From the NCBI GenBank assembly GCA_951406725.2, contig OX597823.1:73656001-73720000 (forward strand): DNA of 64,000 nucleotides, written 5' to 3'. Positions 11,453-27,228 of the stretch are shown here, in pieces (position 1 is the stretch's first letter; each line of letters begins with the position of its first letter). Source of the stretch: Octopus vulgaris (Eukaryota). The notes under the pieces are model-generated. The model made no database searches. It saw only the letters and a program-made list of their open reading frames with translations, and was not told the DNA's origin. Position numbers and translations under genes: made by a program.

Positions 11453-13197
11453 CTATTTGTGTGACCACCATGTAAAAGCGTTTATGTCTACTATATATGT
11501 AAAGGGAAAATTTTTTATGATTTTTATAATTCATTTTTATAACTATTTACCTTTACATGCATTAAAAGAATTTTGCAGTTAATATAAGGTAAATATTTTT
11601 TAAATTTTGACACCGATCCATATCTTTATATATAAAAGCCTTAAATGCATGTATATTTTTCTATACATATATACTTATATATATATTTTTTTTTTTCCAT
11701 ATCGTGGACTTTGAATTTTCCAGAATGGGCCCTCCATATGACTATACGACTCTATTTACCATTTTTTAAACTCACGTCTGTGGGATAAGCAAAATATTTA
11801 TATATACACAATAGGAACATGTATATACCTGCTTTTTATTTATTAAGTTAGATTTACGGAATTACCACGTTTTAATCCAAACTTCCTCAATTCTGACCAG
11901 TTGTGCTTGTGAAGTGTGATACGTAAGTATGCTTCATTTTTTCAATTACTGTTAAAGATTACATCGTAAAGAGAGGATTTGCATCCCCAATTCCAAGAAT
12001 TTTAAAATTACGAATCTTATTGGATAAATATGTACAATACTGTAAACCAATCGGTTGGAAACATTATGTGTTGGTATAAGTATAATACGTGTTTTCCCGA
12101 AACTAAAGAGATTTAACCTACCTGATATCGTGTGTTTAAATATGAATTATATCCTTGGTAAACCACCTACACCATATAATGGGGTATATACTGCTACAAT
12201 TAAACACTAGTTACTCACTTGTCCTCCCTAATTACCTGATATATATATATATATATGTGTGTGTATATATATGTATCAAAAAGATAAACAATTTACCTTT
12301 TCTGAGTTTTTGCCGAGTGGTTGGAATGATATCCTACTTGTGTTTTTGCGCCTTTATTACTAATAACACACACACATACACACGTGTTTGTATGTAGTAT
12401 ATATGTATCTCAGTATGTATATATATGTATATACCCGAAATGTGTGTGAGGATATGTTAGAATCTCGCAAACCAACATGGTACACATATGTCTTCGCCTT
12501 CCATCATGTGTTTATGATGTTAAAAAATATTGAGTTTTCTAGAAGATTTTGTCTTAATTGGGGGTGAAATTGAAAGAAATATATTCAATGGCATGAGACA
12601 GAATGGAGTACTTTGAAAATCTTAGGTAAATCAATTGAAGAAATTGTGTGAGGACTAAATGGTTATGTATTTATTTGTTTCTGGTACTGTGGGTGTGCAT
12701 TTTTATTTTGTCATAGTGGTTTAATTACTTTCAGTTTAGGCTTCCTCAAATCACTCTGTCGCTATTTACTTTCATTTTATTTGCTAGCCCACTGTGTGTG
12801 TGCGTTTGCGTGTGGTGTAAAACACAGACTAAGAAAACATTGTACGACACACACACGCCAACCGAATGTAGTTGGGTTCTGTAAATTTTGGTTAATTGGA
12901 GTTTAAATTTTAAAAACTGGACCTGGCATGACGCAATGCCATTGTAATCTTATATATATGCAAGGTAAATGTGTAATTAAAAGAAATCCTATGAGTGTGT
13001 GTATGTGTGTGATGTATGTATGTATGTGTGGGTACAATAAGGACACTTCGACTCTTTATAATAAGAGATATATATATGTATATATATGTATCAAAAGAGC
13101 TTGCTTAAGCCACATGGTTCCAGGACACAAAGGATTTTGTGGTACATATATCCTATCACCTATACAGGTGCTTACATTTATAAAGTATTCACCCTGA

Positions 13198-13236
<39 letters not shown>

Positions 13237-13664
13237 GAAATCCTCAAGTATAATCCGCAAGAAGAAATATGGAGGGGATCAGAGAGGTGGTATGGCAACT
13301 TTTAGATATTATATTATGTCTGTTTATTTATTTAAAAAAAACGAATTATAATATACATAAATGTATAACAGATTGTTTTACATATATAAAAAATACCAGT
13401 ATATAATGTAGAACGTAGAGAGTGAATAGTTTCTTACAACCCAGTTTCAACCAAGATGTTGTCACAGTACCCTACTTCCATTCCTTCAGTGAACTGAAGT
13501 ATTTGGTAGATCTCTAGACTGGGCTAAAAAGTCACTTTGTGCCTGGGCTTCGTCAGAGAGTTAAACAAACTGACAGAAAGGTTGGTTACATTAAAATGCG
13601 AGGGGGTAACATAATATAAACTATCACAAAATAATAATATAATTGTATTGTTATATATCATATC

Positions 13665-13920
13665 TATCATCATCATTCTGATAGTTGGACGTTTTCCATT
13701 TTTTTACTGGCATGGGTTAAACTTTTGTTCCTGACCAGGAGCCAAGTCAGATAGTGTTTCTACAGCTGGATGCCCTTCAACGCCAACCACTCCGGGAACA
13801 TGAGGTAGTGGGTGATTCTTTGGTTTTTAAGCCACCGACACAGGTGCCAGACGACTGGCAGACGCACGCTCGGGGTGCTATATATATATGTGCCACCGAC
13901 ATCGGTGCCAGATGAGACCG
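13665..13920 (-). mobile_element. Garbled copy of (GAT)n-tailed retroposon E
   Basis: catcatcat, gtttctacagctggatgccctt, acgccaaccactcc, caggtgccagacg. Confidence 0.7.
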
Positions 13921-14625
13921 TAAATATATCGAGTATAATTCGCATATATATATATTGACAGGTCAATGAATCACTAGTGCGTACTATCGATACGAGGTTG
14001 AAAAGGAAAAATATTTTCTAAACAATGTCCGGGTCTCTGTTTGTCTGTCTGGCAATGTTTATTCAGACATGTTTTGTGATGTCGGGCGGGTGTGAAAAAA
14101 TACCTTAAGCTAAGCTCTGAAAGCAATAAACTCATAAAATATACATCCATATACTTGCAGTAAGCAACATATATATATAATATATAAAAGTATTCAGAAG
14201 ACATATATATATATATATAGAAAAAAAAAGAGGATGTCTGTAAAAAACATATTTACATTCCCGTATGTGGAAATTAAGAACATCACTATTATTGTATTAT
14301 GCATGCACGCAACCACGTATATATATGTATATATCGCATATAGATGAGTGTATTTTTACCTTGTTAACAATTAACACGTGAAAAAATAAATAAATAGCTT
14401 ACTAGTTATGACTAAGCTTTGTCAGCATTAGAAAGCAAAAATCAATGACATGAAGCCCAGTTACAACTACAGCCGGTTGTGTTGTCACCCTCATTTTGTA
14501 ATTGTTAAAATTTTCTCTAACTGGGCTAAAAAGTCACATTTGATCACAGCACCAGTAACTTTCGTGCAATGGCCATACTCGATAACGAGGGGGTAGCCAT
14601 AATATATTTGTATATGTGTATATAA

Positions 14626-14667
<42 letters not shown>

Positions 14668-14949
14668 CTTATTTTAGACTTCGTTAGCAATGTTTTTGCA
14701 GGAACACTGCGGGCCAATTCAGACTGGCTGTTGTTTTTGCATATGTTGTATGTACGACGCTCGTATCTGATTTCTTTTGATATATATATTATTTATGTAC
14801 TGGGAGTAATACAAGTGTGACGGTATATCGGTATAAATGCAGAACTAGAACGGGGACGTAAACATGAATTACACCATCATAATATATATTTGCTGACCTT
14901 TTGTCCCTCAAAAGACACAAATCATGGTGCGATATATACACATAGGTTT

Positions 14950-15065
14950 TCATAGTTTTCGTAAAAAGTACGTTTGGTCACAAGGCTTTTTTAGGCCCGA
15001 GCTATTGTTGCCAAGACGCCATGCAATTTGGTTAGCAAGCTACTTTCAACACACAGCGTCAATTT
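14950..15065 (-). mobile_element. Garbled SINE family 2 5' half
   Basis: cacaaggctttt..ggcccgagctat..ttgccaag..ggttagcaagctactt..cacacagc. Confidence 0.55.
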
Positions 15066-15089
15066 CTGGCTGGCCACTTGTATATATAC

Positions 15090-15181
<92 letters not shown>

Positions 15182-15182
15182 G

Positions 15183-15214
<32 letters not shown>

Positions 15215-15304
15215 ATGGAGTAAACACATATATGTGAAACAAGGTGGAAAAATAGAGTACTCAAATACCATATATATATATGCTTTATATATATATATCA
15301 ACAT

Positions 15305-15399
15305 AAATCTGTTACTCCTGAGTTAATTACTCAGATGACCGGGTTGCTAGAATGGAACATATATGTTCCATTCTAGCACTGTCTGATGAACGGCAACGT
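15305..15399. repeat. Perfect 34-bp palindrome flanked by the two halves of a hammerhead motif on opposite strands
   Basis: tgctagaatggaacata|tatgttccattctagca (15345-15378); ctgtCTGATGAacggcaacgt to the right; reverse complement of the left side gives aactcaggagTAacag. Confidence 0.6.
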
Positions 15400-15433
15400 C
15401 ATGTAGATTTTGTATAATATATATATATATAAA

Positions 15434-15498
<65 letters not shown>

Positions 15499-16414
15499 AC
15501 ATGGACAAGAACGTATAACTCAAGAAAACGATACAATAAACACGGACAGGACATTCGAAACCCTCAGTCTTCAGTCAAGAACCGGATCATCGTAGTAATT
15601 TCGGCTGATTAATCTATATATATATACATATATAAATTCGGGGTGAGTACTTGATAATTATAAGCACCTGTGTATACCGTTTGGTGGTGTAGGTGGTGGA
15701 GTAAATTGATAGGCCCGAAACATATGTACCGCTGAATCCTTCGCATCATGTTTTTATTTTATTTTGATCAATATATATATATATATATATACAGCTTCAA
15801 AACTAACTGACCTTAAATATATATATATTTGTAACCACGTGTTTACCTACCACATACCCGTACCCGTACATATATATATACATATATAACTACATATATT
15901 GTATATATACACATATATATCTGTGTATATATAATATCCTCAAACAACCAAATAATCAAAAACTCACACCCTTAAGATATATATAGCAAGCTACACATAT
16001 ATATATATATACACTTCTTATAACTCCCAAGAAACAATATATATATTTTCAAAAATCAAAAGGAATATACAAAATAAAGAAAAAACAAATATGACTAACT
16101 TCACAGGCCTGCAACAGACGAAATTGGTCTGATAACGAAATTGATGTTTTAATAAACACATATGGCTCTCTCTTTCCCAAACAGAAAATCTAAATGTCTT
16201 GTGTTTGAATGAGATTGCCGAAAAAACAGTATCTGATAACGAAAGTGGTCAACACACGATCCGTCAAACAGATTCGTAGCAAGTTGAAACATATCGAAGT
16301 ATCTTTCACACTGATAAGAGTGTATTGCCATTATGAAAAGCTTCTACATATTTTCACAGTTCAAGAACAACAACAGCTTCAAACATATGGCTGGAACAAC
16401 AACAACAAGGCAGA

Positions 16415-17338
16415 ATGAGCCACTCCTGGTTCCCAACACAAGCTGACCCTGACATCGGTCAGGCACAACAACAACAACAACAGCCACAGCAACAAGAACA
16501 ACAACAGCCACTCCTCAACTCTAGCTTACTAGACGATTCACTAAATGCCAGTATCTTTTCACCGCTCTCACAGCAACCACCACAATTATCATCATCATCA
16601 TCACCACCGCTGCCACCATCGTCTTCTATCACCAAAAATACCAACAGAAAACCAAATAAGAAACCACTGCCCTCTTCCCCCACATCACCACCTCAATACT
16701 ACTGCAGTAACAAAAACTTAAAGAAACATAGGAAGCAGAATGCGCCCCCCACGGCACAAACAAGAAATCCCCAAATATGCCGCTATTCACTGCGCCAGAG
16801 ACTCTGCACAAATAGTGACTGCATCTTCACGCATCTACCCGGCACTAGACGCACTACTGGCCAAGGCCAAAGCACGCATCCCACAATAACATCAACACCA
16901 CCAAATAGTAAATCGAAATTCAAAACACACACAACTCGGAGTCCCAAAATCTGCCGGTATTCCCAACGTGAGAGAACATGTCTACTGAGTGACTGTCCCT
17001 TCACTCATCTTCCAGGGACCCGACGCACAAACAGAAACGGGGCCTCAAGCCAACACACAAACCTGAATAACAATAAAAATAGAAACACACCATGCTGCAG
17101 TAATGCTGGTCCAGTCTTTTCAGGAAGACACAAAAACAACAACAACAAAAGTGGAAACTACAACCCTATCCAACAGTGCAACCACACCTCCAGCCAAAAA
17201 CTGCTCCCTAAGCAGGAAAATTCTTTTTTAGCCATGTTGAACATGGCAAAAGAGATACACAAAAACATTCTAGCCATCACTCAACACCATCCTATGCTAT
17301 TACCCCAGTGCACCAATTCCCCACATTGCTGCCACTAA
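16415..17338 (+). CDS. LINE family A ORF1 (Q/S/N-rich, two CCCH zinc fingers)
   Basis: C-x8-C-x4-C-x3-H twice (CRYSLRQRLCTNSDCIFTH, CRYSQRERTCLLSDCPFTH), directly upstream of the APE domain; true start uncertain because upstream sequence is garbled. Confidence 0.8.
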   Translation: MSHSWFPTQADPDIGQAQQQQQQPQQQEQQQPLLNSSLLDDSLNASIFSPLSQQPPQLSSSSSPPLPPSSSITKNTNRKPNKKPLPSSPTSPPQYYCSNKNLKKHRKQNAPPTAQTRNPQICRYSLRQRLCTNSDCIFTHLPGTRRTTGQGQSTHPTITSTPPNSKSKFKTHTTRSPKICRYSQRERTCLLSDCPFTHLPGTRRTNRNGASSQHTNLNNNKNRNTPCCSNAGPVFSGRHKNNNNKSGNYNPIQQCNHTSSQKLLPKQENSFLAMLNMAKEIHKNILAITQHHPMLLPQCTNSPHCCH

Positions 17339-20300
17339 CACACACAAAAAATCCGTACCCCCCTGCAACAGTCAAAACCAGCCACTACACTAACCTCCAC
17401 ATTCCTACTCAATGCACAAGGTGTCAGCCCTTCCATCAATGCACAAAAATGGAAGGTCCAATTCATTGAAGACTGGGTTGGTAACCATTCACACCACATC
17501 CCTTTCTTCATTCTCACTGAGACCCACCTTGACAACTCCCACTTGGAAGCTTGAAGTGAGAGTGAAGAATTTCACAACCATCCGCGCGGATCGTATCGGC
17601 AGGAGGAAGGGTGGAACTGCCATTTTCCTGCATGGTTCATTTACGGCAGATGGAAATAGTATATTCTCCAACGGCTACTGTGAATCAGTCACCGTGCACA
17701 ACAAAGCCAATGATCTGACAGTAGTTGGGCTCTATAGGCCGCCCCAAACACCCATACTGTGCTTTAAAGAATGCCTCAACAGCATTAAGTGCTTTACTCA
17801 GCAGTGCCATTCTAGCAACATACTCATGATGGGAGAACTTCAATCTACCCTGTGTTGACTGGACTACAAACTGTTTGAAACCAAGCACTCCTGCCTCAAC
17901 CGCTGACAAAGAAGCAGCAGAGTCACTTTTCGACTTTACGAATGAGTTTTTCTTGTCCCAACTTGTCCTTGCACCAACAAGACATCAGAACATTTTGGAC
18001 CTAGTGTTTAGTAACCACACTAACACTATACATAACGTTACAGTGGAAAAAACCCTTCTTTCAGACCATGACATGGTTCTCTGTAACATGAAATTCCACC
18101 AGCCGAAAGCTAATCCTAGTGACCTTCCTCCAGCCCACCCATTTGACAACATGGATCTCCATAAAGCCAACTGGGATGCAATCAGGAACGAGCTATCAAA
18201 TGTTGACTGGTCCTTTACACATACACACATCTCCACCAACCATAAAACATCTTGGCAGATCTTTGTAGACACCGTCACAGACATATGTGCAAAACACTCC
18301 CCACCAAGACCTGTGAACAAAAAGTGCAGAATCCCCCCAAAACAGAAAAACCATTATCAGAAAAATAAAAAGAACAAACAAAAAAATTAACAAACTAAAG
18401 TACTGCCAACAGCAACACACACATTCGACGGCTATCGCACTGCTTGAATCCAAAAAATATAACCTCCAACAATGCATGAAGTCCCTCATCAATAACCAAA
18501 GATCAGCTGAGGAGAAGTGGGCCATTGAAAAAATCAAACTCAACCCCAAAGTGTTCTTTTCATTTGCGAGGAAACGCAGGGTCACTGTCTCCACTGTAGG
18601 CCCTCTAATTGACGAAACTGGCACTCTCCAAGATAATGCCAAATCCATGGCCGAGATACTGCAGAAACAATACTGCTCTGTTTTCAGCAATCCTGATATG
18701 GCCGATCTGGGCTGTATCAGTGATGTCAACCCCCAACACACTATATCGGACATAACGTTTAGTGCCCCTGATGTCTTAGCGGCGATAAACGAAATAAAAC
18801 ACAATTCAGCAGTAGGCCCCGATAGGTTCCCTGCTTGTGTCCTGAAGGTGTGTCGACACCAACTTGCATCTCCCCTTGCTAATCTGTGGAGAAACTCACT
18901 GGATGCTGGCTATATTCCAAAAAACCTTCTGTCCCAGTCTGTTGTCCCAGTTTTCAAAAAGGGAAACAAGTCCCTTGCAGTGAATTACCGTCCGATCTCA
19001 CTCACCTCTCATATCATCAAGGTATTTGAGAGGGTGGTGAGATCTCAAATAACCCAATTTCTGGAAAGCAACAGACGGCTGATCTCCAACCAACATGGGT
19101 TCCGTAATGGAAGGGACTGCCTAACGCAGCTCCTGCATCACTTTGAGGACATTTTGAGAGCTTTGGGAGAGGGCTCCAACACTGATGTCATCTACCTTGA
19201 TTTCAGTAAGGCCTTCGACAGGGTCGATCACAAGATCCTATTGAAAAAACTATCCAACATTGGTGTCTCTGGAAAGTTACTTGAAATGGATTAAGTGTTT
19301 CCTGACAGACAGATCTCAACATGTTGTAGTTGAAGGGGTAAAATCAAGCCCAGCCAAAGTCAGTAGTGGCGTTCCGCAAGGCACTGTGCTGGGCCCACTT
19401 CTTTTCATCATTTACATTAATGACATTAATGACATCATCAAGCACAGCAACATAAAAATCTTTGCAGATGACTCCAAGCTACAGAAGGTCATAAATGAGG
19501 CGAGTGACCGGACATGCCTTCAGTCAGATCTACTGGCTGTTATCCAATGGACAGAAAAAAACAATATGCTGCTGAACGAGGATAAATTTGAGCTAATCCA
19601 CTTTGGAAAAGAGGATGCCCTGAAACTCCCATACTCCCTTCCTTCAGGTGAAACTCTCGCGGCGTCCAACAACATCAGAGACTTGGGAGTAATTGTGGAC
19701 AACAACGTAAGCTGGGCCACTCATATAAACACCAAAGTTGACATGGCCCGCAGAATGTGTTCCTGGATTCTCAGAACTTTCCAGTCGAGAGATATCCACA
19801 CCATTATCCTTCTCTTCTCCACTTTTGCCCGACCCCACCTTGAATACTGTTGTCCACTGTGGTCTCCCCACACAATACAAGGTATCATAAAAGTCGAAGC
19901 ACCTCAAAGGGCAATCACAAAAAAGATAGATGGCATGACAGGCCTCGACTATTGGGGTCGACTAGAAAAGCTAAAACTCTATTCTCTCCAACGTCGTCGT
20001 GAGCGCTACATCATCTGCATGATGTGGAAAATATTCCATCAGCATTGCCCAAATGATGTTGGCATCACCTTTAAGGTACATCCAAGGCTTGGGCCCCGTG
20101 CCATCCGCCCAAAACAAAAATCGCACTCTCATCTCATAACAACAATACGGCACAATTATTTCACCTCAATTGGCCCCGCTCTCTTTAACATTACACCAAA
20201 ACACATTAAAACAGAAACTGACCCTATAGGGTTCAAGAAGTCTTTGGACAGATTCCTTCAAGAAATCCCGGATAAACCCCCTACACCCGGATATGTCTCT

Positions 20301-20348
20301 GTAAACAATAACTCTCTACTTGAGTGGGCCATAGTGCCCAAATTCTGA
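17339..20348 (+). pseudogene. LINE family A ORF2 (APE endonuclease + RT, CR1 group), split by about 4 single-base insertions
   Basis: LLNAQG, LTETHL, YRPP, MG(D)FN, LDLVF, LSDH; [55 protein letters not shown]; frameshifts near 17550, 17836, 18335, 19282. Confidence 0.95.
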
Positions 20349-20429
20349 CTTGAAAGACTTCACCAGGTGGTGCTATTAAGTTAGACATGGCCTGGGCCAA
20401 TAATGGCCGAAACCTATCAAAGTATCAAA

Positions 20430-22231
<1,802 letters not shown>

Positions 22232-22519
22232 TCTCTTCTATATACATAGTGTGTTTTCTGTGTGTGTATGTCATACCACGGCTTTCAACCGATTTTGATG
22301 AAACTTGATACACACATAGCAATGTCATAATTCAAAACTAACGCAGCGAAAATTTTGAAAAGTTGCCCCAGTTCTGAAAAAATCGATCAAATGACATGGG
22401 GTCGAGAATCAGAAACCCAAACCACAGACCGTATCGCAACTCCACCTTTTTTAACTCTAAAAAAAATTTACCATCGTTTTTTTTCCATTTTTGCTATTTT
22501 TTGGCTATAACTCTCTAAA
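22232..22519 (+). mobile_element. Deleted/garbled copy of non-autonomous Helitron D
   Basis: Collinear with 48481-48808; lacks the 3' CTAG end. Confidence 0.8.
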
Positions 22520-23293
<774 letters not shown>

Positions 23294-24827
23294 TGATTGA
23301 TTGATTGATTCTAGTTTCAGCTTATGAGCTGTGGCCATGCTGGGGCACCGCCATTTGGTGTTGCTACTTGGTTTCACTTCATGGAGGCTTTCTAGCAACT
23401 GCTATTTGGTGCATGAGAGAGTTCGATGCAGCTGCCCTCATCTGCCCCTCCTGCCGTGAAGTTGGTTCATCTGGGACACCTGACAGGAAGAGATCCAGCT
23501 TCATTTTAAAGACATCTGTATCCACCCCATGCAGGTCTCTCAGGTTCTTCGGGAGGATATTGAAGAGCTGTGGGCCTCGGAAGCCCAGGCTATCACAGAA
23601 TCTTGTCCTACATCTTGATGGCAGGTTTGGAGTCCTAGGCACCACGCAGTGGCGCCCAGTTCTGGCATTTGCGTAACTCTCGATGCCAAAGTTCAGGACA
23701 CTTCCCTCCAGGATCTTCCAGATGTATATTATGGCATATCTTTCCCGCCTACGCTCCAGGGAATATAATTTTAATCTCTTGAGTCTTTCCCAGTAGCTTA
23801 CATTCTGCATAGAGGCTATCTTCTTTGTGTAGCTTCGTTGGATCGCCTCAAGTTCTGTGATCAACTTGACACTGGATGGTGACCATAGCTGAGAGCAATA
23901 GTCAAAGTGGCTTAGGACAAGTGTCTTCCAGAGGACCATCATGGTTTCTTGTTCTCTTGTTCTAAAGGTTCTAAGAATCCATCCAGCCAGCCGTCTACAT
24001 TTCATTGTCAGTTTAGCAACATGTACATGAAAGGTCGCGTCATCACTCATGTGAATACCAAGGTCACGCACTGATTGTGCCTCTGGGATTGCAATCCCTC
24101 CGGGTCCAGTGTATTCATTGGGTATTGCATTCAGTTTTGCATGCTGATAGTATAAAGCTTGAAACTTTCCAGCATTGAACTGCATGCTATTCTTTTCAGC
24201 CCACTTGTATATTTCGTCCAGCTCACATTGCAGGTGTTTATTGTCCTCAGGGTTCTGTATTGCTTGTGAGACTTTTGTATCATCTGCATAACTTGTGATC
24301 GTGGCTCTCTGCGTGGCTGAGGGCATGTCTGAGAGGGCCATTATGAACAGTAGTGGTCCCAGAACAGTGCCCTGCGGAACACCGCTCACTATTTGTGTGT
24401 TAATGGAGGTGGCCCCATTGGCTACTACCACCTGACTTCTATCCTTCAGAAAGTCATGAAGCCATTCTCCCAGTTTTCCAACTATGTTGAGATCACGCAG
24501 TTTGTGACATATCATTCCATGATCGACTTTATCAAAGGCCTTTGCAAAGTCGAGATATATCACTTCCACATTTGAGTGGTTGAGCAGCCGTTTCAGCACC
24601 CAGTCATAGTGTTGTAGGAGCTGAGTTAAACAGCTTCTCCCTGGTCGGAAACCATGTTGGGTGTCGGGCAGCAAGTCATTCTCTTCAAGGAAGGTGATCA
24701 GCTTCCTTCTGACTATTCGTTCCATGACCTTGCTGATGTGTGAGGTCAGAGAGATAGGTCTATAGTTCTTGGCTTCCGCTCTGCTACCTCCTTTATGAAT
24801 GGGGCATATTTTACCTTCCTTCAGTTT
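23294..24827 (-). mobile_element. 5'-truncated CR1-group LINE family B (RT ORF 23379-24725), (AATC)n tail
   Basis: 448-aa ORF nearly identical to the C-terminal part of 56315-59419. Confidence 0.95.
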
Positions 24828-24856
24828 GTATATGTATATGTATATATATATGTATA

Positions 24857-25787
24857 TAAATCCTTAAATCCTTAAAAATGTTTTAGCCCGAAGGCCGCGG
24901 CCATGCTGGGGCACCACCGCTGAATGAGCTACACTAGTTTGTGAATCCACCTCTGATACGTGGCACTTGATCAACAAGGGAGTTCGATGCTGCTGCCCGC
25001 ATCCGTGTCTCCTGTCGTGAGGTAGGTTCATCTGGGACTCCCAACAAGAAGAGATCCAGTTTAGTTTTAAAGAAACCCACATCCACACCATGTAAGTCTC
25101 TCAGGCATTTAGGAGGATGTTAAAGAGCTGTGGTCCTCTGAAACCCAAGCTGTTGCAGTATCTGGACCTGTATTTTGATGGTGATGTTGGAATCCTTGGC
25201 ACCACGCAGCGGCGCCCCGTTCTGCGGTTGGAGTAACTTTGAATGCCAAAGTTTGGGACAAGACCCTCCAGGATTTTCCAGATGTATATCACTGCATATC
25301 TTCTTCCCGCCTCCGCTCCAGGGAGAAGAGGTTTAATACCTTCAGTCTTTCCCAGTAGCTGACATTTTGCATTGAGACGATTTTCTTTGTGTAGCTTCTC
25401 TGAGTTGCTTCGAGTTCTGCTGTTTGTTTTATATTGTGTGGTGACCAAAGTTGGGAGCAGTAGTCCAAGCGGCTGAGGACAAATGTTTTCCATAGGACCA
25501 TCAGTGTCTCCTTCTCTCTTGTTCTGAAAGTTCGGAGAATCCATCCAGCTAGCCGTCTGTATTTTATCACCAGATTAGCAATATGCATTTGGAAAGATGC
25601 ATCATTGCTCATGTCAATGCCCAGGTCACGCACTGATTTTGACTCAGGGATTGCAATTCTTCCTGGGCCAGTGTATCCAGTCTTCACGTCATTTACCTTT
25701 GTGTGCCAGTAGCGCAGGGCCTGGAACTTACCTGCATTAAACTGCATGTTGTTGTCCTCAGCCCACCTGTATATTGTGTCCAGTAAT
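24857..25787 (-). mobile_element. 5'-truncated CR1-group LINE family C, (TTTAAGGA)n tail
   Basis: [29 protein letters not shown]; related to but distinct from family B; two frameshifts relative to 51264-52115. Confidence 0.93.
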
Positions 25788-25819
<32 letters not shown>

Positions 25820-25820
25820 C

Positions 25821-26234
25821 AAGCACCATCCGATCGTGGCCGTTTGCCAGCCTCATCTGGCACCTGTAAGAAAACCATCCGAACGTGGCCATAGCCAGTA
25901 CCGCATCGACTGGCCTCCGTGCTGTGGGCACGTAACAAGCACCATCCGATCGTGGCCGTTTGCCAGCCTCATCTGGCACCTGTGTCGGTGGCATGATAAA
26001 AACACCATCCGAGCGTGGTCGCCTGCCAGCCTCGTCTGGCACCTGTGTCGGTGGCACATAAAATCACCCACTACACTCGGAGTGGTTGGCGTTAGGAAGG
26101 GCATCCAGCTGTAGAAACACTGCCAGATCTGACTGGACTGGTGCAGCTTTCGGGCTCCCCAGACCCCAGTTGAACCGTCCAACCCATGCTAGCATGGAAA
26201 GCGGACGTTAAAGGATGATGATGATGATGATGAT
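25821..26234 (+). mobile_element. (GAT)n-tailed retroposon E (SINE or 3' UTR of an RTE-like LINE) with internal tandem repeats
   Basis: Repeated caccatccgatcgtggccgtttgccagcctcatctggcacctgt units, then gagtggttggcgttaggaagggcatccagc...gttaaaggatgatgatg. Confidence 0.75.
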
Positions 26235-26294
26235 ATGTATATGTGTATATATATGTATATGTGTATATATATGTGTATGTATATGTATATGTAT

Positions 26295-26340
<46 letters not shown>

Positions 26341-26469
26341 AAAAATATATATATGTATATATGTATGTATATGTATATATGGATATGTATATGTATATAT
26401 GTATATGTATATATGTATATGTATATATGTATATGTATATATGTATATGTATATGTATATATGTATATG

Positions 26470-26502
<33 letters not shown>

Positions 26503-26793
26503 CGAACGTGGCATACGGTGCTAGTGCCAGGCTCCAACTGGCCTCCGTGCCTGTGACTCTTAAAAAGCACCATCCGATCGTGGCCGTTTGCCAGCCTCGT
26601 CTGGCACCTGTGCACGTGGCACATAAAAAGCACCCACTACACTCTCGGAGGGCTGGCGTCAGGAAGGGCACCTAGCTGTAGAAACACTGCCAGATCAGAC
26701 TGGGCCCTGCGCAGCCTCCTGGCTTCCCAGACCCCAGTTGAACCGTCGAACCCATGCTAGCATGGAAAACGGAAGTTAAACGATGATGATGAT
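26503..26793 (+). mobile_element. Retroposon E, second subfamily copy
   Basis: Same 3' end and (GAT)n tail with diagnostic differences. Confidence 0.75.
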
Positions 26794-26902
26794 GTATATA
26801 TATATATGTATATATATATATGTATGTATATGTATATATAATAAATGTATGTGTATATGTATATATATATATGTATGTATATGTATATATATATGTATGT
26901 AT

Positions 26903-26934
<32 letters not shown>

Positions 26935-26975
26935 GTATATATATATGTATGTATATATATATATATATATGTATG

Positions 26976-27010
<35 letters not shown>

Positions 27011-27039
27011 GTATATATATATATGTATGTATATGTATG

Positions 27040-27079
<40 letters not shown>

Positions 27080-27087
27080 TATGTATG

Positions 27088-27120
<33 letters not shown>

Positions 27121-27141
27121 GGATATATATATATATGTATG

Positions 27142-27228
<87 letters not shown>

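Noticed and set aside
17545-19290. Frameshifts inside family A ORF2 as programmed recoding
   Set aside because: All are single extra bases within conserved domains, typical of sequencing error or decay
23305-23676. Recurrent 123-aa antisense ORF (also 42896, 49636, 59122)
   Set aside because: Shadow of LINE ORF2; recurrence is explained by near-identical copies and the start is non-ATG in the tail repeat
25821-26065. CRISPR-like repeat-spacer appearance of E units
   Set aside because: Eukaryotic context, irregular units, no unique spacers, no cas genes
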